Source of the DNA: an uncultured archaeon
Lineage (GTDB): Archaea > Nanobdellota > Nanobdellia > Pacearchaeales > GW2011-AR1
DNA length: 64,000 nt
Assembly (NCBI GenBank): GCA_902385625.1
Contig: CABMGE010000007.1
Span: 1,565 to 65,564 of the forward strand
Direction: 5' to 3'
The notes under the pieces are model-generated. The model was given only the letters and a program-made list of their open reading frames with translations. It was not told the origin of the DNA and did not search any database. Both the position numbers and the translations under genes were made by a program. Shown in pieces: positions 1-9,158 of the stretch (its first letter is position 1; every line of letters starts with the position of its first letter).

Positions 1-1
1 A

Positions 2-637
2 AAGGATGATGGAAATAAATACTATAATCAGGATTATAATCAAATAATTTTTGAAAGAAAAAATTATGATGTTGTAATTGAAAGCATGCAATTAAATCCT
101 GAAGATGGAATTTTATGTGGAGACTATGTTGATGCTACTATTGGACTTAGAAATCAAGGAACGGTAGATGAAAATATAAGAATTAGTCTTGACAGCCCTG
201 GCTTAAAATTAAGCCAGCAATCAGAATGGATAACTGTTGAAAAATATGAGAATGATAATACTGCAAAGAGTAAATTCACTTTCCAGGTTCCAAGAGCCAT
301 ACAATCAGGAAACTATACTGTAAAAGCAAGTTTTACTTTTGTAAACAATAGTGTAATTTCTGAAGAAAGATCAATTAATGTTGAATGCAAGCAGGAAATA
401 ACACAAACAACTCCTGTTGAAACAATAAAACTTGGGCAAAAAGCTCTTCCTGCAATTCCTGTACAAAAGGATAATACTGCAATATTTTTGATAATAAGTT
501 CTATTATGATTACTGCGGTTATGGTAATTTTTGTAGTTGGATTTATTTATAGAAACAAAGCAATGAGAAGAATAGCACTTGAAAGACATGCAAGAAAAGA
601 AATGGAAAGTGCGATTAGAAAGGTTAGAAGAAAATAA
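2..637 (+). CDS. 5'-truncated cell-surface protein with a C-terminal transmembrane anchor and basic tail (CARDB-like extracellular part)
   Basis: The reading frame stays open from the window edge through the annotated ATG at 86. A C-terminal hydrophobic stretch (IFLIISSIMITAVMVIFVVGFIY) is followed by R/K-rich residues. Confidence 0.5.
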   Translation, partial: KDDGNKYYNQDYNQIIFERKNYDVVIESMQLNPEDGILCGDYVDATIGLRNQGTVDENIRISLDSPGLKLSQQSEWITVEKYENDNTAKSKFTFQVPRAIQSGNYTVKASFTFVNNSVISEERSINVECKQEITQTTPVETIKLGQKALPAIPVQKDNTAIFLIISSIMITAVMVIFVVGFIYRNKAMRRIALERHARKEMESAIRKVRRK

Positions 638-734
638 GACTGCAGAATTATCTTAAATAAATTAATCTAATTTTGTTAACATCATCATTGAGATAATACA
701 AATTTTTAAAAAGGATTTTTAATATATAACTAAC

Positions 735-950
735 ATGGATACTACTCAACAAAAACCTGGTAATTTGGAAAAGGGAATAGTTTATACAACTAGTGCATTA
801 TTTTTAGATGTAATTGCAGGAATAGCTTTTACTGGAAAACCTTTTCATGAGGCAATTGGAATTGAATTACCAAGCTATCTTCAAACAACAGAAGATATGA
901 TGATTGGACTTGGAATGGCTTATTCTATTTTAAAAGGATATTATCGATAA
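735..950 (+). CDS. small hypothetical protein
   Basis: 71-aa ORF in an intergenic gap with no recognisable motif. Confidence 0.25.
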   Translation: MDTTQQKPGNLEKGIVYTTSALFLDVIAGIAFTGKPFHEAIGIELPSYLQTTEDMMIGLGMAYSILKGYYR

Positions 951-969
951 AAGTTAAAATCTTTGGATA

Positions 970-2178
970 TTATTTCAATTCAACATTCATCTTATGAAGA
1001 TCTGTTTTTATTGAATTTATAACTTCTCTTTTGTTTTGCTCCATTTTTTCTGATTTCTTTTTTTCCTTTGAGTTTTCCTCTTCGAGATCTGACATTTGCT
1101 GCTTTATTTTTTTAATCTTTTCTTCAAGAGCAAGTATCTTATTTTTTTGTTCACCTGACACATTATAGCTGTTTAGTTCTTTATTTTTTTCAATTATGCC
1201 GTTTATTTTTTTAATTATCAGATGATCATTTTTTCCTGCTTCTTCAAGAAGCCTTACAAGTTTTATTCCATTATCTTTTTCAAATGACTCATTAAAATTA
1301 AGACTGTATTCATTTATTGCATTCATTTTTTTAGGATCATAGTGAAAGACATTTGCAAGTGCCTTAAAATCAATCATTTGCTTTAGTTCATAAAGAGTTT
1401 TTTCAAGTTCTTTTCTTTTGTTTTCTGATTCCTCGTTTGTTTTAATTTCCTCTGCATATTTATCAGAAGTTTTTATTTTTTCTATTTCTTCTTCGCTGTT
1501 TATTTTTTGAACTTCAAGAAGGGATATTTTTTTCATATTATTTAAAACAAGGTCATTTATTTCATCCCTTAAATCTTCAATTTGTTTTGCCTGATCTTTT
1601 TTTGTTTGTACTGAAAAAAGCCTTTCAGAAGAATCAAGAGAATCCTGATTTTCAAGAATTATTGTGTTTAAATCAGTTAAAAACCTGGATATAGAATCTT
1701 TTATTGCACCGAGTTCCTTTCCAATCAAGAATGTTGCTTTTTCATAGTTCATAAATGATCTTTTTTCAAAATCATCTATTATTTTAAGTATTGTTACAGT
1801 AAGTTCATTATCATCAGGTTCAATAGAAGTTAGAGATTCTATCATTCTATCTAGGTTTATTATATATTTTTCAAGGTTATTACTTACAATTAGTTTTGCC
1901 CTTTCATCTGATCTTATCTCTCTTAAATCAACTTTTTCAAGAATGATTGATTTTTCTTCAAGTTCTTTTGTAAACTCTAGAAGCCTTTTTTTAACTATAG
2001 ACTCAAATTCTGCTTTTTTATCCTCTAGTTCCTTTTTTTTATCTTCTATAAATGAATCTAATTCATTTAATGCGATTATTTGCTTTCTTGTATTTGTTTT
2101 TTTCTTCCAAAAATCAAATATTCCCATAAAAATAAAGAATCGCAGAGGTATATAAGAATTTGTGTAGTGATCTTCCAA
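970..2178 (-). CDS. K/E-rich coiled-coil protein, hypothetical
   Basis: 402-aa ORF with strongly biased K/E/L/I composition and heptad-like periodicity. Confidence 0.5.
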   Translation of the reverse strand: MEDHYTNSYIPLRFFIFMGIFDFWKKKTNTRKQIIALNELDSFIEDKKKELEDKKAEFESIVKKRLLEFTKELEEKSIILEKVDLREIRSDERAKLIVSNNLEKYIINLDRMIESLTSIEPDDNELTVTILKIIDDFEKRSFMNYEKATFLIGKELGAIKDSISRFLTDLNTIILENQDSLDSSERLFSVQTKKDQAKQIEDLRDEINDLVLNNMKKISLLEVQKINSEEEIEKIKTSDKYAEEIKTNEESENKRKELEKTLYELKQMIDFKALANVFHYDPKKMNAINEYSLNFNESFEKDNGIKLVRLLEEAGKNDHLIIKKINGIIEKNKELNSYNVSGEQKNKILALEEKIKKIKQQMSDLEEENSKEKKKSEKMEQNKREVINSIKTDLHKMNVELK

Positions 2179-2227
2179 ATTCTTAATAACACCATATTTC
2201 CAGGGAATAAATGTTTATATATTAATT

Positions 2228-3295
2228 TTGGCTGATAAATTAATGAAAAAGGGGTATCTAAATAGAAAGTCACAGGTGACTGTTTTTGTTATACTTGCAA
2301 TTGTTATAGTTATTGGTGTTGGAGCATTTTTATTCTTGAATAATAATAAAACCAATGGAACAAATGAAATCAATGCTCCTGTTTCTGATTATGTTCAATT
2401 ATGCATTGAAAAAACTGTGAATGAGGGTCTAAAGACAATTATGTTCCAGGGAGGATACTATAATTCTCCAGAAAAATCAACTGAGTATTTTTTTACTAAA
2501 ATTCCTTATTATTTTTATCTTGGAGAGGTTAATATTCCTGATAAGAAAACAATTGAAAATGAATTATCAGAGTATATTCAAAATGAACTTCCTTCTTGCA
2601 CTTCAAATCTTAGTGTTTTTGAAAATCAAGGTTATAAAGTTAATTTAGAAAAGCCTGCTGTTAAAACTTCCCTTGGAAAGATAATTAATATGAAAATAAA
2701 ATATCCAATACAAGTATCTTTTGAAGGAAAAACAAGTTATCTTAAGGATTTTAGTTATTCAAAGGAGTTTGATTTTGATAAAATATACAATATAATCAAT
2801 GAATTCTCAGTTGAACATCAGAAAAATCCAGATTTTGTTCCAATTGGTTATTTATCAATACTTGCAAAACAAAATGGATTTAGCTTTAACTTAAACTATA
2901 TCTCTGATGCTGAAGTTGTTTATTCTTTTATTTTTAATGATTTACTAAACAGAAATGAAAGTTTGTTTTATAATTTTGCAGGAAATTATAAATGGGAAAC
3001 TCCAAAACCTCTTGCAAAAGCTGTTCAAATTGAGCCTATTTTATACCAAACTGCTTATGCTGGGAAGGAATTTAATTATCAGGTAAGTGCAAAAGGAGAT
3101 AATCTCCAGTTTTATGACTATACTGGGCTTTTTGATATTGATAGTAATGGAAAAATTAAATTTACTCCAACAGCAGAACAAAGCGGAACTTATGAAATAT
3201 TAATTGAAGCAGAAGATGATTCTGGAAACTCGGATAATTCTATTATGACTCTTCATATAGAAAAAATAACAGAGGAGTTGAATATAACCAAATGA
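2228..3295 (+). CDS. N-terminally membrane-anchored protein with a C-terminal Ig-like (putative-Ig/cadherin-like) domain
   Basis: N-terminal transmembrane segment (VFVILAIVIVIGVGAFLFL). The C-terminal segment ...YQVSAKGDNLQFYDYTG...TYEILIEAEDDSGNSDNS resembles putative-Ig domains. Confidence 0.5.
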   Translation: MADKLMKKGYLNRKSQVTVFVILAIVIVIGVGAFLFLNNNKTNGTNEINAPVSDYVQLCIEKTVNEGLKTIMFQGGYYNSPEKSTEYFFTKIPYYFYLGEVNIPDKKTIENELSEYIQNELPSCTSNLSVFENQGYKVNLEKPAVKTSLGKIINMKIKYPIQVSFEGKTSYLKDFSYSKEFDFDKIYNIINEFSVEHQKNPDFVPIGYLSILAKQNGFSFNLNYISDAEVVYSFIFNDLLNRNESLFYNFAGNYKWETPKPLAKAVQIEPILYQTAYAGKEFNYQVSAKGDNLQFYDYTGLFDIDSNGKIKFTPTAEQSGTYEILIEAEDDSGNSDNSIMTLHIEKITEELNITK

Positions 3296-5985
3296 AAAGA
3301 AAACGAATATTTGCAATCATTATGTTTATTCTAATACTAAATTTATTTTTAATTATAGGCTCTACAGCAGAGGATAAAAAGAATGATCCAAATAAAACCT
3401 TTGAAGAAAAAAAGCAACAACTTAACAATATGGGTTTTGATGTTGGAAAAGGAGGTGTTAATCCTGATAATTTTCAGTTATCTCCTGATAAAAAATCAGT
3501 CACTATATTAAAAAATGGAGCCTCTGAACTTATTGATGTAGCTAAAATTAAGGATAAACTTATAATTAAAATACCTGATGGAGCTATTTTAAAAGATGCA
3601 ACAGGCAATGAATATCATTTACCAAAAGATAATAAGGAATTAACTGTTCTTAATGGAAAAATAATTTCTGATAAAGATATTACACTTGGTTCTGAAAGTA
3701 AAATAAACAATGTTAAAATAAATACTAAAAATGATGAAACTGTTTCTATGAATCAAGATGGAGTAATTAATACAAAGGGAAAAGAAGCAGTTCTTACTGG
3801 AAGTGATGGAAAGATAATTGGAAAAATAAATGGAAGGGCTCAAATACAAGACCCTGGAAGCATTCTTTTAAAATCTGATGAAACAGGTACATCTAAGTTT
3901 ACAAATTATAAAGGAAGTATCTTTGAAGTCAGTTCAAATACTATGATTTATACTAAAGAGTCATCTAAAATAAATTCTGCAAAGGATTTTATAAAATATA
4001 ACGGAGATCTTTTAGTTTCAGTAACAAATCATGAAAATCAGATAAAAATATCTGCAAATGACAAGGATTATGGAAATATAGTTGTTCGTGAATTACCAAG
4101 CTCTGCTTCAGTTAGTTTAGATCTTAAACGCGAAGTGAATGGAAAGTCTTTTGATGTATTATTTCAATTTAGTGAAAAACCTCCTATAGTAAAAGGCAAT
4201 ATTGAAGGGCTTGGAACAAATATTGCAACTTTAACTCGGGAAACAAGTCCAAATGTTTCTCCATTTATGATCTATAATGGTAAAGAAATTAGTGAAAAAG
4301 TTGGAGTAATTGGAAATATGAATGATTTTGGAGGATTATCTAAATTTGATAATCCTGAACTTAAGAAATTATTTGTAGAATCAATGTCTACAAAGTTTTT
4401 TAGTAGTGATATAGAAGGTTTGACAAAGGTTCTTGGCAAAAATTCAGAGTTAGAGGGCTTGATAGTTGATCGGGCACTTAGAACAAATGAGGTTAATAGC
4501 AAGTTTGAAAATTTTAATTCTCTTATGGTAATGGCGAGAAATAATCCTGAAGAACAATTAAAATTAGTAAAAGCTTATGAAGGAGTAGTAGATTATAATC
4601 AAATTAACATAATTATGGGAAATGTTCGGAGTATTAGCAATGTTGGAGGTTATTCTAACCTTGATATTTCTGAAATAGCAAAAAATCCAGGCAAGTACAG
4701 TCAGATTGATAAAGAACTTGATAAACAAATAGATGAAATGAAGAGTTTAATACTAGATAATGTAAAAATTGATGGAGTTCCTGACAATTTTAATCGAATG
4801 TCTGATGAAGAAAGGAAACAGGCCCTGGAAAACTCCAAATTTTATAGCGCAAAGAGCTTAAAGACTGTTCTTGATTATTTACAGGGCAATTCTGAGTTGC
4901 AAGATTTAGTTGCAAAAAATACCAAGCTCTCGGAAAACAATCTTGCACTCGATGAAGGTGGTTTTAGACAACTGATTTCTCTTTCGCAAAATCCTGACCT
5001 TACAAAGCAATTATTATCTCTTGCAACTTACAAAGATCCTTCATCTGGATTTGATACTAAGAAAATGAGTGATATTTATTCAAGTCAGAGTTTTGTAGAT
5101 CTTACAAAAAGCATGGATTCAATTGACAGATGGTCTACTGCTCAAAGTATTTATAGAAATCTGGATATTAATGGAATGGGATATACTGACTCAAATATTA
5201 ATCAAGTTGGAAAAGAGATTATTTCAATAAATGAAGATTATTCTAATAGGCTTGTTGCAGATTCCAAAAGCAAAGTAATTATTGCAACAAATCCTGAGTT
5301 TTCAGATCAAACAAAAGACTTAACCCAGGGAATTATAAAAGCAGGTGTAAAGCAAGAAAATTTAGTTAGCTTTGAAGGTGGAGGAGACTCGATTAAAAAG
5401 ATACTTGATAATATAGAAAACACTAATGATGGGCTTATTTATTTTAATAATCATGGCAATGGAGGTTATCAGGTTCTTGGAAAACCTAATCCTGATGGAA
5501 CTATTTCTCCTGATCAAGAGATAAGTTATAAGCAACTTGGAGACAGTTTAATTAAGTCTGCTGAAAAAAATAATGGAGATTTAAGTAAAGTAACAGTTCT
5601 TCTTGATTCTTGTTATTCTTATGACTTTGCCAAGAATCTTTACAACTACATATCTGAAAATGGCAAGGTAGAGCAAATGCCAGTGGTTGTAACCTCTACA
5701 AATCGCGGCCAAGTTGGATTTTCAGGGCTTGCAAAATCAATTGGAGAGGAAGTAGAATCTGGAAAAGGAATTACTCTGGGTAATATTAATTCAGCAGGTA
5801 AAAAAGTCTTTTCATCTGAAGATATGTCAATATTTGTTCCAACAAAAAAAGGTGTTACTGCTATTGGCTCTTCAAATGACCAGGATAAAACAATTAAATC
5901 CAAACCTAGTTCTTCTTCTACTCCAAGTTATATTCAAGTAAGCCAACTAGACAGTTCAATACAACAGGAGTTGTCATATTCCTAA
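3292..5985 (+). CDS. large secreted protein with a C-terminal clan-CD (caspase/gingipain-like) peptidase-like domain
   Basis: N-terminal signal peptide. The C-terminal region carries a His-Gly ... Cys dyad (NNHGNGG ... LLDSCYSYD) spaced as in clan CD cysteine peptidases. Confidence 0.45.
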   Translation: MKRKRIFAIIMFILILNLFLIIGSTAEDKKNDPNKTFEEKKQQLNNMGFDVGKGGVNPDNFQLSPDKKSVTILKNGASELIDVAKIKDKLIIKIPDGAILKDATGNEYHLPKDNKELTVLNGKIISDKDITLGSESKINNVKINTKNDETVSMNQDGVINTKGKEAVLTGSDGKIIGKINGRAQIQDPGSILLKSDETGTSKFTNYKGSIFEVSSNTMIYTKESSKINSAKDFIKYNGDLLVSVTNHENQIKISANDKDYGNIVVRELPSSASVSLDLKREVNGKSFDVLFQFSEKPPIVKGNIEGLGTNIATLTRETSPNVSPFMIYNGKEISEKVGVIGNMNDFGGLSKFDNPELKKLFVESMSTKFFSSDIEGLTKVLGKNSELEGLIVDRALRTNEVNSKFENFNSLMVMARNNPEEQLKLVKAYEGVVDYNQINIIMGNVRSISNVGGYSNLDISEIAKNPGKYSQIDKELDKQIDEMKSLILDNVKIDGVPDNFNRMSDEERKQALENSKFYSAKSLKTVLDYLQGNSELQDLVAKNTKLSENNLALDEGGFRQLISLSQNPDLTKQLLSLATYKDPSSGFDTKKMSDIYSSQSFVDLTKSMDSIDRWSTAQSIYRNLDINGMGYTDSNINQVGKEIISINEDYSNRLVADSKSKVIIATNPEFSDQTKDLTQGIIKAGVKQENLVSFEGGGDSIKKILDNIENTNDGLIYFNNHGNGGYQVLGKPNPDGTISPDQEISYKQLGDSLIKSAEKNNGDLSKVTVLLDSCYSYDFAKNLYNYISENGKVEQMPVVVTSTNRGQVGFSGLAKSIGEEVESGKGITLGNINSAGKKVFSSEDMSIFVPTKKGVTAIGSSNDQDKTIKSKPSSSSTPSYIQVSQLDSSIQQELSYS

Positions 5986-6022
5986 TTACTATTAATCAAA
6001 AAGGGAAATGGGTTAAACTTCT

Positions 6023-6232
6023 TTAACAATTAACTGATACTCTTTGTTCTTCAATATCTTTTTCAGTTGCTTTGCAAATTTCACAATAGCCAATTTCATG
6101 AATATCTTTTATTTCTAGATTTGCATCGACTTTATGCCTGTAAATCATTACAATCATAACTTCGTTTGTTTCTCTATCTCTAAATGGTGGTTCCTTTAGC
6201 TTTATCTTGCAGTGTGGACATATTCCTAACAT
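6023..6232 (-). CDS. small zinc-ribbon protein
   Basis: 69 aa with CPHC...CEIC, i.e. two CxxC pairs. Confidence 0.4.
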   Translation of the reverse strand: MLGICPHCKIKLKEPPFRDRETNEVMIVMIYRHKVDANLEIKDIHEIGYCEICKATEKDIEEQRVSVNC

Positions 6233-6409
6233 TTTGTTTTTCTCCTGTCTATTTAATTAAAATATCGCTCCCGCGAGATGTCTTTTAGACATTTTGCAAT
6301 TTTTATCAGAAATAAATTCTGCTAAAAATTTTATTTTGAATTTTTTTCTCCTATACATTTAAGTTAAATATCGCTTTGCGAATGTTTATTTGATTTATTT
6401 ATCATGATT

Positions 6410-6706
6410 TTACCCCATAATATGCTCTTCATAATGGTTTAGCATATCCCTGAAAAGCGCTGCGTTTTCATATTCTTCTTTTCCAATTGCTTCGCTTAAC
6501 CGGGATTTTATTTGAGCTCTTATAGTTAATTTTTCCCTTAATTCATTTCTTTCAAATAATATATTTGTTATTGTTTCGAGTTCTGAATCAGTGGATTTTA
6601 CGTTTGAGCTCCATTCATTTTTGAATGCTTTCATGTAATACCATTCAAGTTCGCTTGTATTTTTCTTTTCCAGTTGTTCTTTTGAATATAGTTGTGTCTG
6701 TTCCAT
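6410..6706 (-). CDS. hypothetical protein
   Basis: 98-aa charged ORF with no motif. Confidence 0.4.
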   Translation of the reverse strand: MEQTQLYSKEQLEKKNTSELEWYYMKAFKNEWSSNVKSTDSELETITNILFERNELREKLTIRAQIKSRLSEAIGKEEYENAALFRDMLNHYEEHIMG

Positions 6707-6847
6707 TTCTTTTCTCTTGTTATTTTTATTTTTCTGTTATTTTTTGTTTTTATCCTCGACTTTTTATTAAAAGTATAAGGGAGCTCAAAAGATTTTTCTG
6801 CGTCCCGGGTGGGGGATAGCAGCGAAGTTTTGAGCCGCCTTATAATC

Positions 6848-7255
6848 CTAAATTACTCCCAATCTTTCTGCTTCTTGAGAATATTCTGTATGTTCGAAAT
6901 CGAAATTGAAAAATTCAACAAACTCCTTGAGTACTGTTCTATTTGCATTCATTTTTTTTAAATCTCCAAATACTTTTGCCGTAAAACAATAAGGACAAAC
7001 AGATGCCCTTTTATTCTGACATTTAATACATTTTGTTGAATCAAAGACCCTATCTTCTACTTTTCCGAGGTATTTGTTTAACTTTGGAAGCAGTTCATTT
7101 CTAATATTTGGATAAAGAGTTGACCACGCTTCTATTTCTTGTGTGAGGCATGCAGGACATAATGGATTTGTGACTGCTATGCTACAAACATCGCATAAGA
7201 ATTGCGGTTCAAGACCAAGTGATTTAGTTTTTGTCATGGTAAAAAGAGGATTCAA
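6848..7255 (-). CDS. Cys-rich double zinc-ribbon protein
   Basis: Four CxxC pairs (CDVC, CPAC, CIKC, CPYC). Confidence 0.45.
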   Translation of the reverse strand: MNPLFTMTKTKSLGLEPQFLCDVCSIAVTNPLCPACLTQEIEAWSTLYPNIRNELLPKLNKYLGKVEDRVFDSTKCIKCQNKRASVCPYCFTAKVFGDLKKMNANRTVLKEFVEFFNFDFEHTEYSQEAERLGVI

Positions 7256-7514
7256 GCGCAGAAATAATAATAAGCACTTAAATCAGAAACCCGGTTTTTT
7301 TATAAAAACAAACTGGTTTTGTCGACGCACATCTAATGGTCATTACCTTTACTTGCCAATTATGCAGGTCTAACCTACTTGTTTTCATAGTATATCTAGT
7401 ATCTTCGAGTTTATATATTTTTTGCTCGTCTTATTCATTATCAATCAGTAGCAAAGGTCTATTTTTGAATTTCTAATTATAGTTGTTTTTATTTTAAGTA
7501 AATTAAACTTTAAA

Positions 7515-7596
7515 ACAATTTTAAGCAAGATTTACTCTTGGTAGAAATTGCTAACTGTGCGAAAGCACTTTAAAGTCTCTGCGAAGCAGATTACCC
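7515..7596 (+). repeat. conserved intergenic module X, copy 1
   Basis: About 85% identical over 82 nt to 20385-20466. It contains gtgcGAAAgcac and tctgcGAAgcaga hairpins. Confidence 0.6.
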
Positions 7597-7628
7597 TATA
7601 CTTTGCAAGTATAAACTCGAAAAGATAG

Positions 7629-7658
7629 CTATTTTATTCGAAGTGAATTCGACTAAAA
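7629..7658 (+). repeat. conserved intergenic module Z, copy 1
   Basis: ctattttattcgaagtgaattcgactaaaa. Confidence 0.5.
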
Positions 7659-7774
7659 CAGGAATTAGGATAAATTTATCTTAGATATTTTTTATAAAAA
7701 AGTAATTATTATACTCGAAAATATATTTTATTTTTTAGTAAAGGTTTATAAGGGATAAAAAGTGAATCAAGCTT

Positions 7775-8179
7775 ATGACAGAAATATCAAAACCTGAAAT
7801 AGTGCATTATCCTGTAATAAGAGTTGTGACTCCGCAAGATTGGGAAGGAATAGACTTTCCAAAAATTTGCAGACCTACAAGAACTAGAAAGCATTATGAG
7901 ACACTCGTTTTCAATGGTCATTTCAATCCAAGAGTTTATGGTGTTTTTGCTGATGAACCAATTGAAAGTTTATTTGAATTATTATATAAAAAACAAAATG
8001 AATGGAATCATGCATCTACTAAAAACATTGGAGTTGTTTATAATTCTGAAGAACACAAGAAAAGATTTCCAAAAAGAACTGAACTTGGTTCAATTACAGA
8101 GGCAAGTCCTGAAGATATAGAGAAATTTACAGGTTTTATTGAACAAATCAAGTCTGGAACTTATAACTCTTATCACTAA
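7775..8179 (+). CDS. hypothetical protein
   Basis: 134-aa ORF lying downstream of conserved intergenic modules X and Z. Confidence 0.45.
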   Translation: MTEISKPEIVHYPVIRVVTPQDWEGIDFPKICRPTRTRKHYETLVFNGHFNPRVYGVFADEPIESLFELLYKKQNEWNHASTKNIGVVYNSEEHKKRFPKRTELGSITEASPEDIEKFTGFIEQIKSGTYNSYH

Positions 8180-8181
8180 AA

Positions 8182-9108
8182 CTATTTTTTCTTCTTAGGT
8201 TTTTCTTCTAAGGGCCTGGGTTTTATTCTTCCAACAATATGTTCGCCTTTTCTTTTTAATAATTCTGAAAGAGCAAAGAAGGTTAAAATAGCTCCTGCAA
8301 TTGCTGAGAAAACAATTGCATTGTCTTTAAGTCTTGTTAAAATCGACTTTGTTGTTGAAGAATCAACTTTAGCTTTTTGATCATTATATTCATCATTTGC
8401 AAGTTTGATATTTGCTTTTGCATTTTTTATATCTTCATTTAATAGATTTGAATCAATTGACCTGAGGTAACTTTTTAATTGATCTAGATTGACTTTTGAA
8501 ACATCATAGTTATTATCTTTTTTATCATAGTAATCTGATTCAAGATTCGAATATTTATCCTTTAAATCAGATAATTGCGAAGATAAATTTGCAAGAGTTT
8601 CTTGTTTTTCAGCCTCAACTCTTTGCTGTTCTTCAAGATCTTCTTTTGACTGGCTAAGAACAGTTACATTCTGATAGAAAACATTGTTATCTATTTTTAT
8701 TGTAAGAGTTATATTTCCAGGTTGCTTAAAATTTCCAGTAACAATAATATAATCTCTTGCCTGAAAATCAAGAGTATCTATTGGAACAATATCATAAGTT
8801 GAATAACCTTCTCCAGAAACAATTGCAATCAAGTTTGTTTTTGATTCTTTTTCATTGTTTCTCACACGTATATTTAATTGCACATCTCCTATTTTGAAAG
8901 TATCCGGAACAATTCCTATTAGTGAAACAGATTCGTTTAATTCTGAAGAATTTTTATCATAACCATTTGTATAGTTTGAAGAAGGATATTCAGTGGAATT
9001 ATTATTAATTCCTGTTGAATTATCCGAGATATTTTGAGAAGAAACCAGTATTACTAGAGAAAATAGTAGTAAAACAGCAATTATTCCAGTTAAATATATA
9101 TTTTTCAT
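8182..9108 (-). CDS. surface protein with signal peptide, coiled coil and C-terminal TM anchor
   Basis: N-terminal hydrophobic leader, N-glycosylation-type NxS/T sites, and a C-terminal TM helix followed by a basic tail (KPKKKK). Confidence 0.5.
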   Translation of the reverse strand: MKNIYLTGIIAVLLLFSLVILVSSQNISDNSTGINNNSTEYPSSNYTNGYDKNSSELNESVSLIGIVPDTFKIGDVQLNIRVRNNEKESKTNLIAIVSGEGYSTYDIVPIDTLDFQARDYIIVTGNFKQPGNITLTIKIDNNVFYQNVTVLSQSKEDLEEQQRVEAEKQETLANLSSQLSDLKDKYSNLESDYYDKKDNNYDVSKVNLDQLKSYLRSIDSNLLNEDIKNAKANIKLANDEYNDQKAKVDSSTTKSILTRLKDNAIVFSAIAGAILTFFALSELLKRKGEHIVGRIKPRPLEEKPKKKK

Positions 9109-9158
9109 TAATAGGATTATAATCCTGTGCTTAAAAATATTGCCCCCTGAATATTTCT

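Noticed and set aside
371-589. Numerous 60-100-aa ORFs on the opposite strand of, or overlapping, longer genes (e.g. 371-589, 1943-2155, 2076-2273, 3243-3428, 13377-13604, 24330-24631, 26708-26914, 28743-29102, 53183-53452)
   Set aside because: They lie entirely inside longer, motif-supported ORFs and have low-complexity, hydrophobic or Phe/Leu/Ile-rich translations. AT-rich DNA produces many such open antisense frames.
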